Shown here: piece by piece, positions 31,707-45,661 of the stretch
Layout of the letters: each line of letters begins with the position of its first letter
How positions within the stretch are numbered: the stretch's first letter is position 1
Assembly: GCA_963796455.1 (NCBI GenBank)
Contig: CAWCLO010000010.1
Location: 544,001 to 608,000 of the forward strand
Length of the DNA: 64,000 nt
Direction of reading: 5' to 3'
DNA from: Candidatus Sulfomarinibacteraceae bacterium
GTDB lineage: Bacteria > Acidobacteriota > Thermoanaerobaculia > Thermoanaerobaculales > Sulfomarinibacteraceae
Translations under genes and position numbers: made by a program
Notes under the pieces: generated by a model
What the model saw: only the letters and a program-made list of their open reading frames with translations
Database searches by the model: none
What the model was told of the DNA's origin: nothing

Positions 31707-33346
31707 TTTTTGCCGTCCTTTCTCTTTTTCCCACCGCCGCGTTTGCGCTCACCCACGATATGGAGGGTGATCTCCTGTTGGATGATCGTAATCACGTTGT
31801 TGGCAAGCCAGTACAGCACCAACCCGGCGGGAAACTGGAGGAACATGATGCCGAAAATCAGCGGCATCATCCGCATGATCCGCTGCTGCTGCGGGTCACC
31901 AGCCTGCGGGGCGAGGCGCTGTTGCAGCCACATGGTCGCGGTCATCAAAACCGGCGTGACATAGAGCGGGTCTTTGGCCGACAGATCCGTTATCCACAGC
32001 ATGAATGGAGCGTGGCGCAATTCGATGGAGTGCAGGAATAGCTGATAGAGGGCCCACAGGAGCGGCAACTGGACCAGAAGGGGCAGGCACCCCGCCATCG
32101 GGTTGATGCCCTCTTCCTTGTACAGGGCCATCATCTCCTGGTTCATGTTGGCGCGCGCCTGTGGATCGGTCTTCTTCTTCTTGTATTTGGCCTGAATCTC
32201 TTTGACCCGCGGCTGCACCTTGGACATTTTCCGCATCGAGACCGTCGAGGTGTGCATCAGGGGAAAGAGCACGATCCTGATACCGAGCGTCAAAAGAATG
32301 ATCGCAAAGCCCCAGTTGCCGACGTGGCCATAAATCCACCGCATCGCCTTGAGAAAGAAAATGGAGATCGGGCTGAAGATTCCGAAATCGAGGGATTCCT
32401 CGATCCCCGCGTCGATCTCCTTCAGTAGATTATATTCTTTTGGCGCGCCGAGTAACTGGCCGCGGAGCACGCCCCGGCTGGGTGTCGCCGTGATCCGCAA
32501 CACTCGGTCGGCTTTGTCCTCACCTTCGGCAAGTTGGAACGGTTCGATTCGAATCTCGCCGATCCCCCCGTCCGGCCGGAGCACGTTCAAGAAATACGCA
32601 TCCTCGAAGCCCGCATAAGAAAGCGTCACGGGCCTCAGGACCCGGGTCTCACTGACCTTGGCGCGCTTGATTCGTTCGACCTCGCCATCAGCCATGATGA
32701 TGGCCTCGCCCCACAGGGCGAGCCTGCTGTCGGCTTCGCTCTCGCTGAGGTCCCGCATCCCGGTCCCGATGCTGACGGGTGCGTTGGCCAGGGAACCGGT
32801 GGCCGTGATCTCGACGTCGAGGCCGTAGCCTTCCGGACTCAGGGTGATTATTTTGGTCACCGCGTCGCCGCGGCCGTCCGCCCATCGCAAGATCGCGCCA
32901 CCGCCGATGTCTTCGATCTCATAAAGCGCTTCATCAGGGCCGGCCGGGGTCAGTAGCTGCAACGGGAGCGCGCGCTCTTTGTGGGGCACGGTTTGAATCA
33001 GGTCGAGCGGTTCACCAGCGTCTCCATCGTAACCACGAAGCTGATATGAGGTGACCGCCGCGCCGCGATTGCTCACCACGACAACGATGTTCTCGTTTTC
33101 GAGGGTGAGGTCTTCTGCCTGCGCCGCCGCAGTAGCCGCGACCGCTGCGGGTGCCGCTTCCGCTGGCGCCGGCTCTTCGGCCAACGGCAGCGCCGGCTCC
33201 GTCGTTGGATCCGCGCCGCCCCGGTCCGTGACCGGTACCGGCGTCGGACTCGGCGGGACCGACCGCTCCGGGGGTGGGAAGATGACCGACCACGCCAAGA
33301 GGATCGCGGCCGACAAAACGAATGCCAGGAGTAGTCTCTTCTCCAT
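31703..33346 (-). CDS. yidC: Membrane protein insertase YidC
   Basis: N-terminal TM, periplasmic domain, GNWG.AII.LT, NP.AGCLP, WI.DLS..DP, GL.LYW. Confidence 0.95.
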   Translation of the reverse strand: MEKRLLLAFVLSAAILLAWSVIFPPPERSVPPSPTPVPVTDRGGADPTTEPALPLAEEPAPAEAAPAAVAATAAAQAEDLTLENENIVVVVSNRGAAVTSYQLRGYDGDAGEPLDLIQTVPHKERALPLQLLTPAGPDEALYEIEDIGGGAILRWADGRGDAVTKIITLSPEGYGLDVEITATGSLANAPVSIGTGMRDLSESEADSRLALWGEAIIMADGEVERIKRAKVSETRVLRPVTLSYAGFEDAYFLNVLRPDGGIGEIRIEPFQLAEGEDKADRVLRITATPSRGVLRGQLLGAPKEYNLLKEIDAGIEESLDFGIFSPISIFFLKAMRWIYGHVGNWGFAIILLTLGIRIVLFPLMHTSTVSMRKMSKVQPRVKEIQAKYKKKKTDPQARANMNQEMMALYKEEGINPMAGCLPLLVQLPLLWALYQLFLHSIELRHAPFMLWITDLSAKDPLYVTPVLMTATMWLQQRLAPQAGDPQQQRIMRMMPLIFGIMFLQFPAGLVLYWLANNVITIIQQEITLHIVGERKRGGGKKRKDGKK

Positions 33347-33367
33347 TATCTGGGATTACCTCGCCTA

Positions 33368-33760
33368 TCAGTTCCGGTCGGCCCGGTTGCGCCCGCTCGT
33401 CCTGCGTTCGGCCTGTTCCGTCGCCCGCTCGAGGCTCGCGAGAAAATCCCCTTCGAGTTCGGTCCATGGCGCCGTCGCGACGCTCCCGCGAGCATTGGCG
33501 ACAATGTCCCACGACCCGACCTGAAGGCGCCTCCTTGAAAGACGATAGAGCTCTCGCAGCCGTCGCTTTATTCGCGACCTGCGCACAGCAATACCGACTT
33601 TTCGCGAAGCGGTCACACCGAAGCGCCCTTCCCCGAGCATCACAAACAGTACGACGTGCTTTCCGGAAACTCGAAATCCGTGTCTGTAGATCTTTTGAAA
33701 ATCGGCCCGTCGTTTCAGACGAGCCGATGCTGGGAAATCGAGCCGAAGATCAGACGGCAA
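33368..33760 (-). CDS. rnpA: Ribonuclease P protein component
   Basis: [29 protein letters not shown] start overlaps rpmH. Confidence 0.92.
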   Translation of the reverse strand: MPSDLRLDFPASARLKRRADFQKIYRHGFRVSGKHVVLFVMLGEGRFGVTASRKVGIAVRRSRIKRRLRELYRLSRRRLQVGSWDIVANARGSVATAPWTELEGDFLASLERATEQAERRTSGRNRADRN

Positions 33761-33884
33761 CCCGCTTGCGACCCTTCAGACGGCGAGAACGGATGACCTT
33801 ACGACCACCCTTGGTGCGCATACGAACCCGAAATCCATGGGTTTTTTTGCGCTTCCGGTTGTTGGGCTGAAATGTTCTTTTCAT
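33750..33884 (-). CDS. rpmH: 50S ribosomal protein L34
   Basis: MKRTFQP...THGFRVRM, 44 aa; upstream TTGACA-N17-TATCGT. Confidence 0.97.
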   Translation of the reverse strand: MKRTFQPNNRKRKKTHGFRVRMRTKGGRKVIRSRRLKGRKRVAV

Positions 33885-33981
33885 GGCTCTCTCTCTTCCC
33901 CAAGTGTTGGGCGCGCCACGATATCGCACGCAATCATGGCTGTCAAGCGACGGCCGAGACAAGGTGTGTTAGCCTACCCCG

Positions 33982-35274
33982 ATGGACCATTGGCAGCACC
34001 TCCAGCCGCATCTTCGTCAGATGATGGGGGACGACGAGTACGCGACCTGGATCGCTCCCCTCGCCGTCCGGGAGGTCGCCGACAACACCCTCACCTTGAC
34101 CACCGACAACGCGATCGTCAGCGACTGGGTGCGGGATCACCTCCTGCGAGACATTGAAACCGTGGCACGCAGCCATTTCGGTTCCGGGTTTCGCATCCGC
34201 CTGGCCATCGATGAGACGCCGGGCGCGGTGGTGACCCCGCCCGGCAGTACCTCGGCGGCGGGTTTCGCGGCCCACCCCTTCGACCCCGGATTCACCTTCG
34301 AGCGCTTTGTGATCGGAACCTCGAATCAGTTCGCCGCCGCCGCGGCCGAGGCTGTGGCCGATCGGCCCGGCAAGGCATATAACCCGCTCTACCTTTATGG
34401 CGGTTCGGGGCTCGGAAAGACCCACCTCCTCCACGCGATCGCCAATCGACTCAGCGGTTCAAAGCTCAAGATCGTCTATCTGACCACCGAGCAGTTCGTC
34501 AACGACCTGATCAACTGCATCCGGCGTAAACAAATGGATGCCTTTCGCCAGACGTTTCGCGGTGTCGACCTCCTGCTCCTCGACGACATCCAGTTCATCG
34601 CCGGGAAAGAACGGACGCAGGAGGAGTTCTTCCACACCTTTAACACCCTGCAGTCCACCGGTCGCCAGGTGGTCTTTACCTCGGACGCCCGCCCCTCGGA
34701 TATCCCCGGTCTCGAAGAACGCCTCCGGTCGCGCTTCCTCCAGGGCCTGCTGGCCGACATTCAGCCGCCGGACCTGGAAACCCGGTGCGCGATCTTGCGG
34801 GAGAAAGCGAGGGCTTTTGGCCGCGAGCTTCCGGAAGACGTCGTCCTTTTCATATCGCGGCGAGTTCAGAACAACGTCCGTGAGCTCGAAGGGTGCCTCA
34901 ATCGAACCATCGCTTATGCCCAGTTGAAAAACGCCAAGCTGTCGGTCGATGTGGTGCGAATGGCTCTCTTCGAATTGTTGCCCGAAGAACGCGAGACCTC
35001 GCCTTCGGACATCATTCGTTTTGTGGCGCAACACTATGGGATCCGGGTCGCGGACCTCAAAGGTCGCTCCAATCGGCGCTCGATCGCGCTGCCTCGCCAG
35101 GTCGCGATGTACCTGATCCGCGATATCCTCGAACTCAGCTTTCCCGAAATCGGCAAGATCTTTTCCAAACACCACTCTACGGTGATGTATGCGGTGGACA
35201 ACGTACAAAAAATGCGGCTCTCAAATCCCGACTTCGATGCCACGTTGACCTCATTTCGCGATCACTTTGCTTAA
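33982..35274 (+). CDS. dnaA: Chromosomal replication initiator DnaA
   Basis: FV.G.SN, YNPL..YGG.GLGKTHL, LLDDIQF, RELEG, domain IV H.TV. Confidence 0.97.
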   Translation: MDHWQHLQPHLRQMMGDDEYATWIAPLAVREVADNTLTLTTDNAIVSDWVRDHLLRDIETVARSHFGSGFRIRLAIDETPGAVVTPPGSTSAAGFAAHPFDPGFTFERFVIGTSNQFAAAAAEAVADRPGKAYNPLYLYGGSGLGKTHLLHAIANRLSGSKLKIVYLTTEQFVNDLINCIRRKQMDAFRQTFRGVDLLLLDDIQFIAGKERTQEEFFHTFNTLQSTGRQVVFTSDARPSDIPGLEERLRSRFLQGLLADIQPPDLETRCAILREKARAFGRELPEDVVLFISRRVQNNVRELEGCLNRTIAYAQLKNAKLSVDVVRMALFELLPEERETSPSDIIRFVAQHYGIRVADLKGRSNRRSIALPRQVAMYLIRDILELSFPEIGKIFSKHHSTVMYAVDNVQKMRLSNPDFDATLTSFRDHFA

Positions 35275-35284
35275 AATTCCGCAG

Positions 35285-35480
35285 CCCGATTGTGGACAAA
35301 CTGTGATCGGGTTGTCGAAGCCTGTGGAAAACTCGAGTCTTCCACAAAGACCAACAGACCGCCGGTCTTTTTCAACAGCCGCCTGTCGGTACGCAACATG
35401 CGAATTTTCAGTTATTTAATGGTCTTTTCCGCAGATTCCACAGCCTCGACGATGACGATGATTCATGTTATATTTCGACC
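35285..35480. other. Replication origin oriC (dnaA-dnaN intergenic)
   Basis: DnaA-box-like 9-mers at 35291 (TGTGGACAA), 35323 (TGTGGAAAA), 35338 (TCTTCCACA), 35369 (TTTTCAACA), tandem 35425/35434 (TTTTCCGCA, GATTCCACA), then GCC, triplet repeats and an AT-rich tract. Confidence 0.85.
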
Positions 35481-35516
35481 CGGTTAGTACACCGTCGTAT
35501 AGAGAAAGGGCAGTTG

Positions 35517-36620
35517 ATGGAACTCAAACTGCAGCGTAACCTGGTGCTCCAGGAGCTTTCGATCCTCCAAGGAGTGGTCGAACATCGAACGACGATTCCG
35601 ATCCTCTCCAGCATCCTCACCGAGGCCGAAGAGAATCGCATGCGGATGGTCGCGACGGATCTCGATATGACGATCGTCACCGAGTGTCCTGCGGCAGTCC
35701 ACGGCGGCGGACGAGCCACCCTCGAGAGCAAGGTCTTCCAGAATCTGGTCAGGAGCTTGCCGGAGGAGGAGTTCACCCTGCGACAGGACGGCGATGCGGT
35801 CGAGATCACCTGCGGACGGTTTCATTCCAGAATGGCGGTTTCGGACCCTTCCGAGTATCCGACGGTACCGGATGTTCCCGAAGCCGGGGACTATGCTCTG
35901 CCCCTCAGCCTCTTTCAGCTGATGTTGGATCGGGTGGCCTTCGCGATCACCAAGGATGACCCGAAATTTCAGCTCAATGGTGCGCTGGTGAAGCTCATCC
36001 CGGGAGAGATAGAAATTGCGGCCACCGATGGTCATCGCCTGGCGATGGTTCGTGCCAAGGCGCCGGCCGGTGATCCTCCCTTCGAACAACAACTTTTTCC
36101 GCGCAAACTTTTGGCAGAGTTCGCCCGCTTCGGGGACGAAGAGGTTCGCATCGCGGCGGGCGACAATCATCTCGGTTTTCTGATGGGTGAACGAACCCTG
36201 GTCTCTCGAATCGTCGAATTACGTTTTCCGCAGTATGAACGGGTCATCGTCCGCGACAACCCCAATCGGGCCCGGGTCGATCGCAAGGAGTTGTTGGCCT
36301 CGCTTCGCCGCGTCAGTCTGATGGCACACGAAAAAGCTCGCGGCGTGCGGTTTCGTTTTGATTCCGGTGGTGAGCTGACCCTGGTATCCATAGGTTATGA
36401 ACGTGGCAGCGCCGAGGAGACCCTAAGCGTGAACTATCAGGGTGACGGTCTCGAGATCGCCCTCAATGCGGCTTATATGATCGATGTGCTCCAGGTGCTG
36501 GAATGCGACATGGTGGAACTTCAGTTGCGGGACAGCAACACGCAATGTGTGGTGGTGCCGGTCGATGACGATTCGCGTCTGGAAGAGTACATCTACGTGC
36601 TCATGCCAATGCGGCTGTGA
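35517..36620 (+). CDS. dnaN: DNA polymerase III beta clamp
   Basis: TIPILS, ATDL, ATDGHRL, FP.Y, LMPMRL. Confidence 0.96.
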   Translation: MELKLQRNLVLQELSILQGVVEHRTTIPILSSILTEAEENRMRMVATDLDMTIVTECPAAVHGGGRATLESKVFQNLVRSLPEEEFTLRQDGDAVEITCGRFHSRMAVSDPSEYPTVPDVPEAGDYALPLSLFQLMLDRVAFAITKDDPKFQLNGALVKLIPGEIEIAATDGHRLAMVRAKAPAGDPPFEQQLFPRKLLAEFARFGDEEVRIAAGDNHLGFLMGERTLVSRIVELRFPQYERVIVRDNPNRARVDRKELLASLRRVSLMAHEKARGVRFRFDSGGELTLVSIGYERGSAEETLSVNYQGDGLEIALNAAYMIDVLQVLECDMVELQLRDSNTQCVVVPVDDDSRLEEYIYVLMPMRL

Positions 36621-36708
36621 GGCGGCGCAGACCGCAACCTTTTGTTCCTCGTAGGGACCATGTTGACCGATACCGCCCGACCGGTTCGAGGGTGAGGATT
36701 CCGATCGA

Positions 36709-40219
<3,511 letters not shown>

Positions 40220-42787
40220 ATGAGCGACATCCCCGACTCGCGGCAAGAGCGCATCCCGATCACGATCGAGGAAGAGCTCAAGAATTCCTACCTCGACTAC
40301 GCCATGTCTGTGATCATCGGCCGCGCCCTGCCCGATGTCAGGGACGGTCTCAAGCCCGTCCATCGCCGCATCCTCTATGGAATGTGGGAAACCGGCAACA
40401 CCGCCTCGCGCGGATATAAAAAATCGGCGCGCATCGTCGGTGATGTCATGGGTAAATACCACCCCCATGGCGATCAGGCGATCTATGACACCGCGGTCCG
40501 GATGGCGCAGGACTTCTCGATGCGCTACCCGCTGGTCGACGGCCAGGGCAACTTCGGCTCGGTCGACGGCGACTCACCGGCGGCGATGCGCTATACCGAG
40601 GTGCGCCTGACGCGATTGTCTGACTTTCTCCTCGGCGACGACATCGACAAGGAGACCATCGATTGGGCGCCCAACTACGATGGTTCTCTTGCGGAGCCGA
40701 CCGTTCTGCCGGCTCGTTTTCCGAACCTCCTGGTCAACGGGTCCTCGGGCATCGCGGTCGGGATGGCGACGAATATTCCGCCGCACAATCTTTCCGAGAC
40801 CATCGATGCCTGTATCGCCCTGCTCGGCGACCCCGAATTGTCGGTCACTGATCTCATGGATTTCGTGCCGGGGCCGGATTTCCCAACCGCCGGGTTCATC
40901 CTCGGACGCAAGGGGATCTACGACGCCTACACAACCGGCCGCGGGATCGTGCGGATGCAGGCCCGGACCCGAATTCGCGAGGTCGAAAAGGGTCGACGAG
41001 CCGCGATTATTGTCAGCGAGCTGCCGTACCAGGTGAACAAGGCCCGGCTCGTCGAACAAATCGCCGCACTGGTGCAGAACAAGCGTCTCGAGGGAATCGC
41101 CGACCTCCGCGATGAATCCGATCGGGAGGGGATCCGCGTCGTCATCGAACTCAAGCGGGATGCCGTGCCGGAAGTGGTTCGCAACAATCTTTTCAAGCTG
41201 ACGCAGATGCGGACCACGTTTGGAATCATCTTACTCGCGGTGATCAACAACCAACCACGGGTCTTCAACCTCAAGAGTCTGCTGCAGCATTTCCTCGATC
41301 ACCGGCGCGAGGTCGTCCTCCGGCGGACCGCCTTCGACCTGAAGCGGGCCCGCGAACGCGCCCACATCCTCGAGGGATTGGTCATTGCCCTCGACAACCT
41401 CGATGCGGTCATCAAACTGATTCGTGGTGCGGCGGACCCGGCGGCTGCGCGCGATGGGCTGATTCGGGAATTCGACCTCTCCGGGCTTCAGGCACAGGCC
41501 ATCCTGGATATGCGCCTGCAGCGTCTGACGGGGCTCGAGCGCGACAAGATCGTCGCCGAACACGCCGAAGTGCTCGAGCTGATCGCGCATCTCGAATCCG
41601 TCCTCGACTCCGAAGAGATGGTGGACGACATCGTTGCCGAAGAGCTCGAGAATGTGAAAATGAAATTTGGCGACGACCGCCGCACCGAACTCATCGACGA
41701 CGTGAGCGAGATCTCCATCGAAGATCTGATCGCCGAAGAAGAGATGGTGATCACCGTCTCTCGCGCCGGTTATGTCAAACGCTCGGCCGCCTCCACCTAT
41801 CGCGCCCAGCGGCGCGGTGGCCGCGGTCGCCGTGGAATGGCCACCAAAGACGAAGACGAGGTTTGGCAGCTCTTTGTCGCCTCGACCCACGCGACGATGC
41901 TCTTTTTCACCTCGGCCGGTCGGGTATTCGCGCGCAAGGTCCACGAGCTGGCCGATGTCGGGCCGGCCGCGCGCGGCCGGGCGCTCGTCAATCTCCTTCA
42001 GCTCGCACCCGACGAAAAGGTCTGCGCATTGCTCGCGGTGCGCGACTTCTCAGAACACGAAAATTCGTTCCTCTTCTTTGCCACCCGCCTCGGCCGGGTC
42101 AAACGCACGCCGCTGAAGGAATATGCCAATATTCGCGTCAACGGTTTGAAGGCGGTGGTCATCAACGAGGGTGACGATCTCCTATCGGTGCGGCTGACCC
42201 ACGGCGAACACCATGTTTTCATGGGCACAAAACAAGGCATGGGTATCCGCTTCGATGAAAACGACGCGCGCTCCATGGGGCGGGTGACGGCGGGAGTTCG
42301 CGGAATCAACCTCCGCAAGGGCGATTTTGTCGAAGAGGTGGCGATCTTCGATCCTTCAGAAGATAAAGACATCCTGGTGGTCACCGATCTCGGCTATGGC
42401 AAGAGGACGCCAATCTCGGATTTTCGCGTCCAGCGCCGAGGTGGCTACGGCATGCGCTTGATTCGACTTACCGAAAAAAACGGGGCGGTGGCCGCGATCC
42501 GTCACGTCAGCGAAGACGATGAGGTCCTGATGGTCACCGAGGGCGGGATGTTGATCCGCACCAATGTGGCAGAGATCCGGCGCATCGGCCGCGCCACCAT
42601 GGGTGTCAAGGTGATTCGTTTGAAGGAGGGCGATCGCGTGGTTTCGGTGGCGCGAGCCGAGGCCGCCGCCGACCTCGACGAAGATCTCCTCGAGACAGAC
42701 GAGGAAGCCGGCGCGGACGCCGACCAAGAGGGGGCCGATGACCGTCGGGGCGATGCGGCGGAGGATGCCTCTGGTGACGACACCTGA
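40220..42787 (+). CDS. gyrA: DNA gyrase subunit A
   Basis: YHPHGD, AAMRYTE, GyrA-box QRRGGRG, acidic tail. Confidence 0.98.
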   Translation: MSDIPDSRQERIPITIEEELKNSYLDYAMSVIIGRALPDVRDGLKPVHRRILYGMWETGNTASRGYKKSARIVGDVMGKYHPHGDQAIYDTAVRMAQDFSMRYPLVDGQGNFGSVDGDSPAAMRYTEVRLTRLSDFLLGDDIDKETIDWAPNYDGSLAEPTVLPARFPNLLVNGSSGIAVGMATNIPPHNLSETIDACIALLGDPELSVTDLMDFVPGPDFPTAGFILGRKGIYDAYTTGRGIVRMQARTRIREVEKGRRAAIIVSELPYQVNKARLVEQIAALVQNKRLEGIADLRDESDREGIRVVIELKRDAVPEVVRNNLFKLTQMRTTFGIILLAVINNQPRVFNLKSLLQHFLDHRREVVLRRTAFDLKRARERAHILEGLVIALDNLDAVIKLIRGAADPAAARDGLIREFDLSGLQAQAILDMRLQRLTGLERDKIVAEHAEVLELIAHLESVLDSEEMVDDIVAEELENVKMKFGDDRRTELIDDVSEISIEDLIAEEEMVITVSRAGYVKRSAASTYRAQRRGGRGRRGMATKDEDEVWQLFVASTHATMLFFTSAGRVFARKVHELADVGPAARGRALVNLLQLAPDEKVCALLAVRDFSEHENSFLFFATRLGRVKRTPLKEYANIRVNGLKAVVINEGDDLLSVRLTHGEHHVFMGTKQGMGIRFDENDARSMGRVTAGVRGINLRKGDFVEEVAIFDPSEDKDILVVTDLGYGKRTPISDFRVQRRGGYGMRLIRLTEKNGAVAAIRHVSEDDEVLMVTEGGMLIRTNVAEIRRIGRATMGVKVIRLKEGDRVVSVARAEAAADLDEDLLETDEEAGADADQEGADDRRGDAAEDASGDDT

Positions 42788-43370
42788 TCAATCGCGACAG
42801 GCGCCGGACGACGGCAGCCCGCGCGAGGCCATGCCGCCGGCGATACCGGCCAGCGCCATCATTCACCAGGAAGGCATGATTGCGCTCATCGCGATTGTGG
42901 CGCTGTCGTTTCGAGAAGAGGGCCTCGCGGCGGCGTTGAGCCCGCCCATTCCGCTCCTTGCTGCGATAGCGGTTGGTTTGCTGGTCGGCGGCGCGTGTTT
43001 TGCGCTCTTGTGGTTTGTGCGGCGGGTCGGTCCAATTCGTGATCTCGAGGCCTGGCAGCGCCGCATGGTCGAGGGCTGGAGTGTCACCGACATCGTGGTC
43101 GTGGCATTGGTTTCGGGCCTCGCGGAAGAGGCGCTGGTCCGCGCGCTCCTGCAACCGATCCTTGGCCTGGTACCGGCCGCGCTGCTCTTTGCCGTGCTCC
43201 ACATCGTGCCCGATCGTCGTCTTTGGTTGTGGCCGTTGCTCGCCCTGGTTCTCGGCATCGTTTTGGGTTTGGTTTTCGAACACGCGGGATATCCCGCTGC
43301 GGCGGTGGCGCACATCGCAATCAACGCCTTGTCGCTTTCGCGTTTGCGGCAGGTGGAAGAGACGGAATAA
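42774..43370 (+). CDS. CPBP family intramembrane metalloprotease (CAAX protease-like)
   Basis: EE...R, FA.LH, H...N motifs; start uncertain (42765/42774/42831). Confidence 0.82.
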   Translation: MTTPDQSRQAPDDGSPREAMPPAIPASAIIHQEGMIALIAIVALSFREEGLAAALSPPIPLLAAIAVGLLVGGACFALLWFVRRVGPIRDLEAWQRRMVEGWSVTDIVVVALVSGLAEEALVRALLQPILGLVPAALLFAVLHIVPDRRLWLWPLLALVLGIVLGLVFEHAGYPAAAVAHIAINALSLSRLRQVEETE

Positions 43371-43426
43371 TGCTTGGCGCGAAGACGCTCTTTTGTACAA
43401 TGGCCCGAGTCGCTGGAGGATAAGAA

Positions 43427-44314
43427 ATGAACAGTCAGGAAGATCAGTTTCGGGTAAAGGTCGGGCTCGCGGAGATGCTCAAGGGCGGAGTGATCATGGA
43501 TGTCACCGATGCCACTCAAGCCCGGATTGCCGAAGATGCCGGCGCCGTGGCCGTGATGGCGCTCGAGAGGGTCCCGTCGGACATCCGGGCCGATGGCGGC
43601 GTGGCCAGGATGTCCGCAATCGACATGATCAGCCAGATCCAACAGGCCGTGTCGATCCCGGTCATGGCCAAAGTTCGCATCGGCCATATCGCCGAAGCGC
43701 GGATGTTGGAAGCGCTCGAGGTAGATTTTATCGACGAGAGTGAAGTGTTGACTCCAGCTGATGACGAAAACCACGTTTCCAAACATTCGTTCAAGGTTCC
43801 CTTCGTCTGTGGTTGCCGGAATCTCGGCGAGGCCCTTCGCCGAATCGGTGAGGGTGCGGCTTTGATCCGCACCAAGGGAGAGGCCGGTTCGGGCGATATC
43901 GTCGAAGGGGTCCGCCACCTGCGGGCGGTCCAGCGTGGCATCAAGACGCTGCAAATCCTCGAGGAAGACGAATTGATGGCAGAGGCCAAGGCTCTCCAGG
44001 CGCCATTCGAACTCGTCCGCTTTGTGGCGGAAAACGGGCGGCTTCCGGTGCCCAACTTTGCCGCCGGCGGCGTCGCGACGCCGGCGGACGCTGCCCTCTG
44101 CATGATGCTGGGCGCAGAGTCGGTCTTTGTGGGTTCGGGAGTGTTCAAGAGTGACGACCCCGAGCCAAGGGGGCGGGCGATCGTTCAGGCGGTGACCCAT
44201 TGGCAGGACGCGGCCAAATTGGTCGAGATCTCGCGCGGTCTCAAGGACGCCATGTCCGGCATTGATTCGGGCAAGCTGACTCCCGAAGAAATGCTTTCCC
44301 GCCGGGGGTGGTGA
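43427..44314 (+). CDS. pdxS: Pyridoxal 5'-phosphate synthase lyase subunit
   Basis: [39 protein letters not shown]. Confidence 0.97.
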   Translation: MNSQEDQFRVKVGLAEMLKGGVIMDVTDATQARIAEDAGAVAVMALERVPSDIRADGGVARMSAIDMISQIQQAVSIPVMAKVRIGHIAEARMLEALEVDFIDESEVLTPADDENHVSKHSFKVPFVCGCRNLGEALRRIGEGAALIRTKGEAGSGDIVEGVRHLRAVQRGIKTLQILEEDELMAEAKALQAPFELVRFVAENGRLPVPNFAAGGVATPADAALCMMLGAESVFVGSGVFKSDDPEPRGRAIVQAVTHWQDAAKLVEISRGLKDAMSGIDSGKLTPEEMLSRRGW

Positions 44315-44895
44315 GCGGGGTGTCGATATGCGGCGTTCTGGCTCTGCAGGGTGATTGGGAGGCTCATCGGAGTATTCTCAGATCGCTTGGAGCCGTGACC
44401 CGAACAGTGCGCACGATTGCCGAACTCGAGACGGTCGATGCGCTGGTCATGCCGGGTGGAGAATCGACCGCAATGCTCAAGCTCATGCAGCCTGAAAATC
44501 TCGCACCGGCGCTCACACAACGAATCGAGGCCGGGATGCCGGTGCTCGCCACCTGTGCCGGAGTGATACTCCTTGCTCGATCCGTTGCACCGGAGCAGGA
44601 GAGCTTGGCTGTTTTGGCAGTCGACGTCGAACGCAATTCTTACGGCCGTCAGGTCCATTCGATGGTTGCCGAGGTCCAGCTCGTCGAGGACTTCGGCGCA
44701 CCGGGCAGCATGGAGGGGGTGTTCATTCGGGCGCCCCGAATCACAAAAGTCGATGACGGCGTCTCCGTGCTCGGCACCTGGCAGAACGACCCGGTGTTGG
44801 TGCGCCAGGGACCGATCATCGCGGCGACATTCCATCCCGAACTCACCGGCGACAGCCGCATCCACGAGTATTTTCTAAAACAAGGGGAGGCTTGA
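44311..44895 (+). CDS. pdxT: PLP synthase glutaminase subunit
   Basis: GVLALQG, PGGEST, TCAG, FIRAP, FHPE. Confidence 0.96.
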   Translation: MSGVSICGVLALQGDWEAHRSILRSLGAVTRTVRTIAELETVDALVMPGGESTAMLKLMQPENLAPALTQRIEAGMPVLATCAGVILLARSVAPEQESLAVLAVDVERNSYGRQVHSMVAEVQLVEDFGAPGSMEGVFIRAPRITKVDDGVSVLGTWQNDPVLVRQGPIIAATFHPELTGDSRIHEYFLKQGEA

Positions 44896-44896
44896 A

Positions 44897-45661
44897 ATGG
44901 CTGACCATATTTTGCGACACGACGAGATTCGAGGAATCCACAAGCTGACGATGGATCACGGCGCCAATGCGCTCGACCGGCCGTTGATGAAAGCCCTTCG
45001 GAGCGAATTCCGTCAGCTCTCAGAGGCCGGGTCTCCGGCGGTCATCCTCGCGTCGGCCCATCCTTCGGTCTTCTGTCCGGGATGGAACCTCAAGCTTCTT
45101 GCCGACGCCGAACGCGAGGAGGTCGCGGACTTCCTCTCCCTGTTCAACGGGCTCGTCTATGAGCTCTTTTCATATCAAGGCCCCACCGCCGCCGCGATCA
45201 CCGGCCACGCCGTTGCTGCGGGGTGCCTCCTTGCAGTGGGTTGCGATCTGCGGGTGATGGCCTCCGGGCCGAGTCGGCAGGGGCTCTCCGAGCTCAACCT
45301 CGGGGTACCGGTGCCCTGGTCGAGCCTCCAGATGCTGCGCGCCCGGCTCAGCTCACCGGCTGTTGACGAACTCGTTTTTCGTGGAGAGGGCTGTTCGGCC
45401 GAGCGGGCCCGCGAGCTCGGTATTGTCCACCGCGTCGCGTCACGAGACGACGTGATCACGCAGACCGAGATCGAAACAGGCAAGCTCGCGGGCCGCCCGC
45501 GACGAGCTTTCGTTGAGTCCAAGAGAATGTTGCTCGGCGAGTACTGGCGTGCGATGAAGGCTCCGGCGGCGGAAGAAGATGCCGCCTTTCTCGATTGTTG
45601 GTTCGAAGAGGCCACGCAAGAACGTATCGAAGGGGTGGCAAACCGCCTCGGACAGGGATGA
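44897..45661 (+). CDS. Enoyl-CoA hydratase/isomerase family protein
   Basis: NAL, FC.G..L, AAITGHAVAAG, E..LG crotonase motifs. Confidence 0.85.
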   Translation: MADHILRHDEIRGIHKLTMDHGANALDRPLMKALRSEFRQLSEAGSPAVILASAHPSVFCPGWNLKLLADAEREEVADFLSLFNGLVYELFSYQGPTAAAITGHAVAAGCLLAVGCDLRVMASGPSRQGLSELNLGVPVPWSSLQMLRARLSSPAVDELVFRGEGCSAERARELGIVHRVASRDDVITQTEIETGKLAGRPRRAFVESKRMLLGEYWRAMKAPAAEEDAAFLDCWFEEATQERIEGVANRLGQG

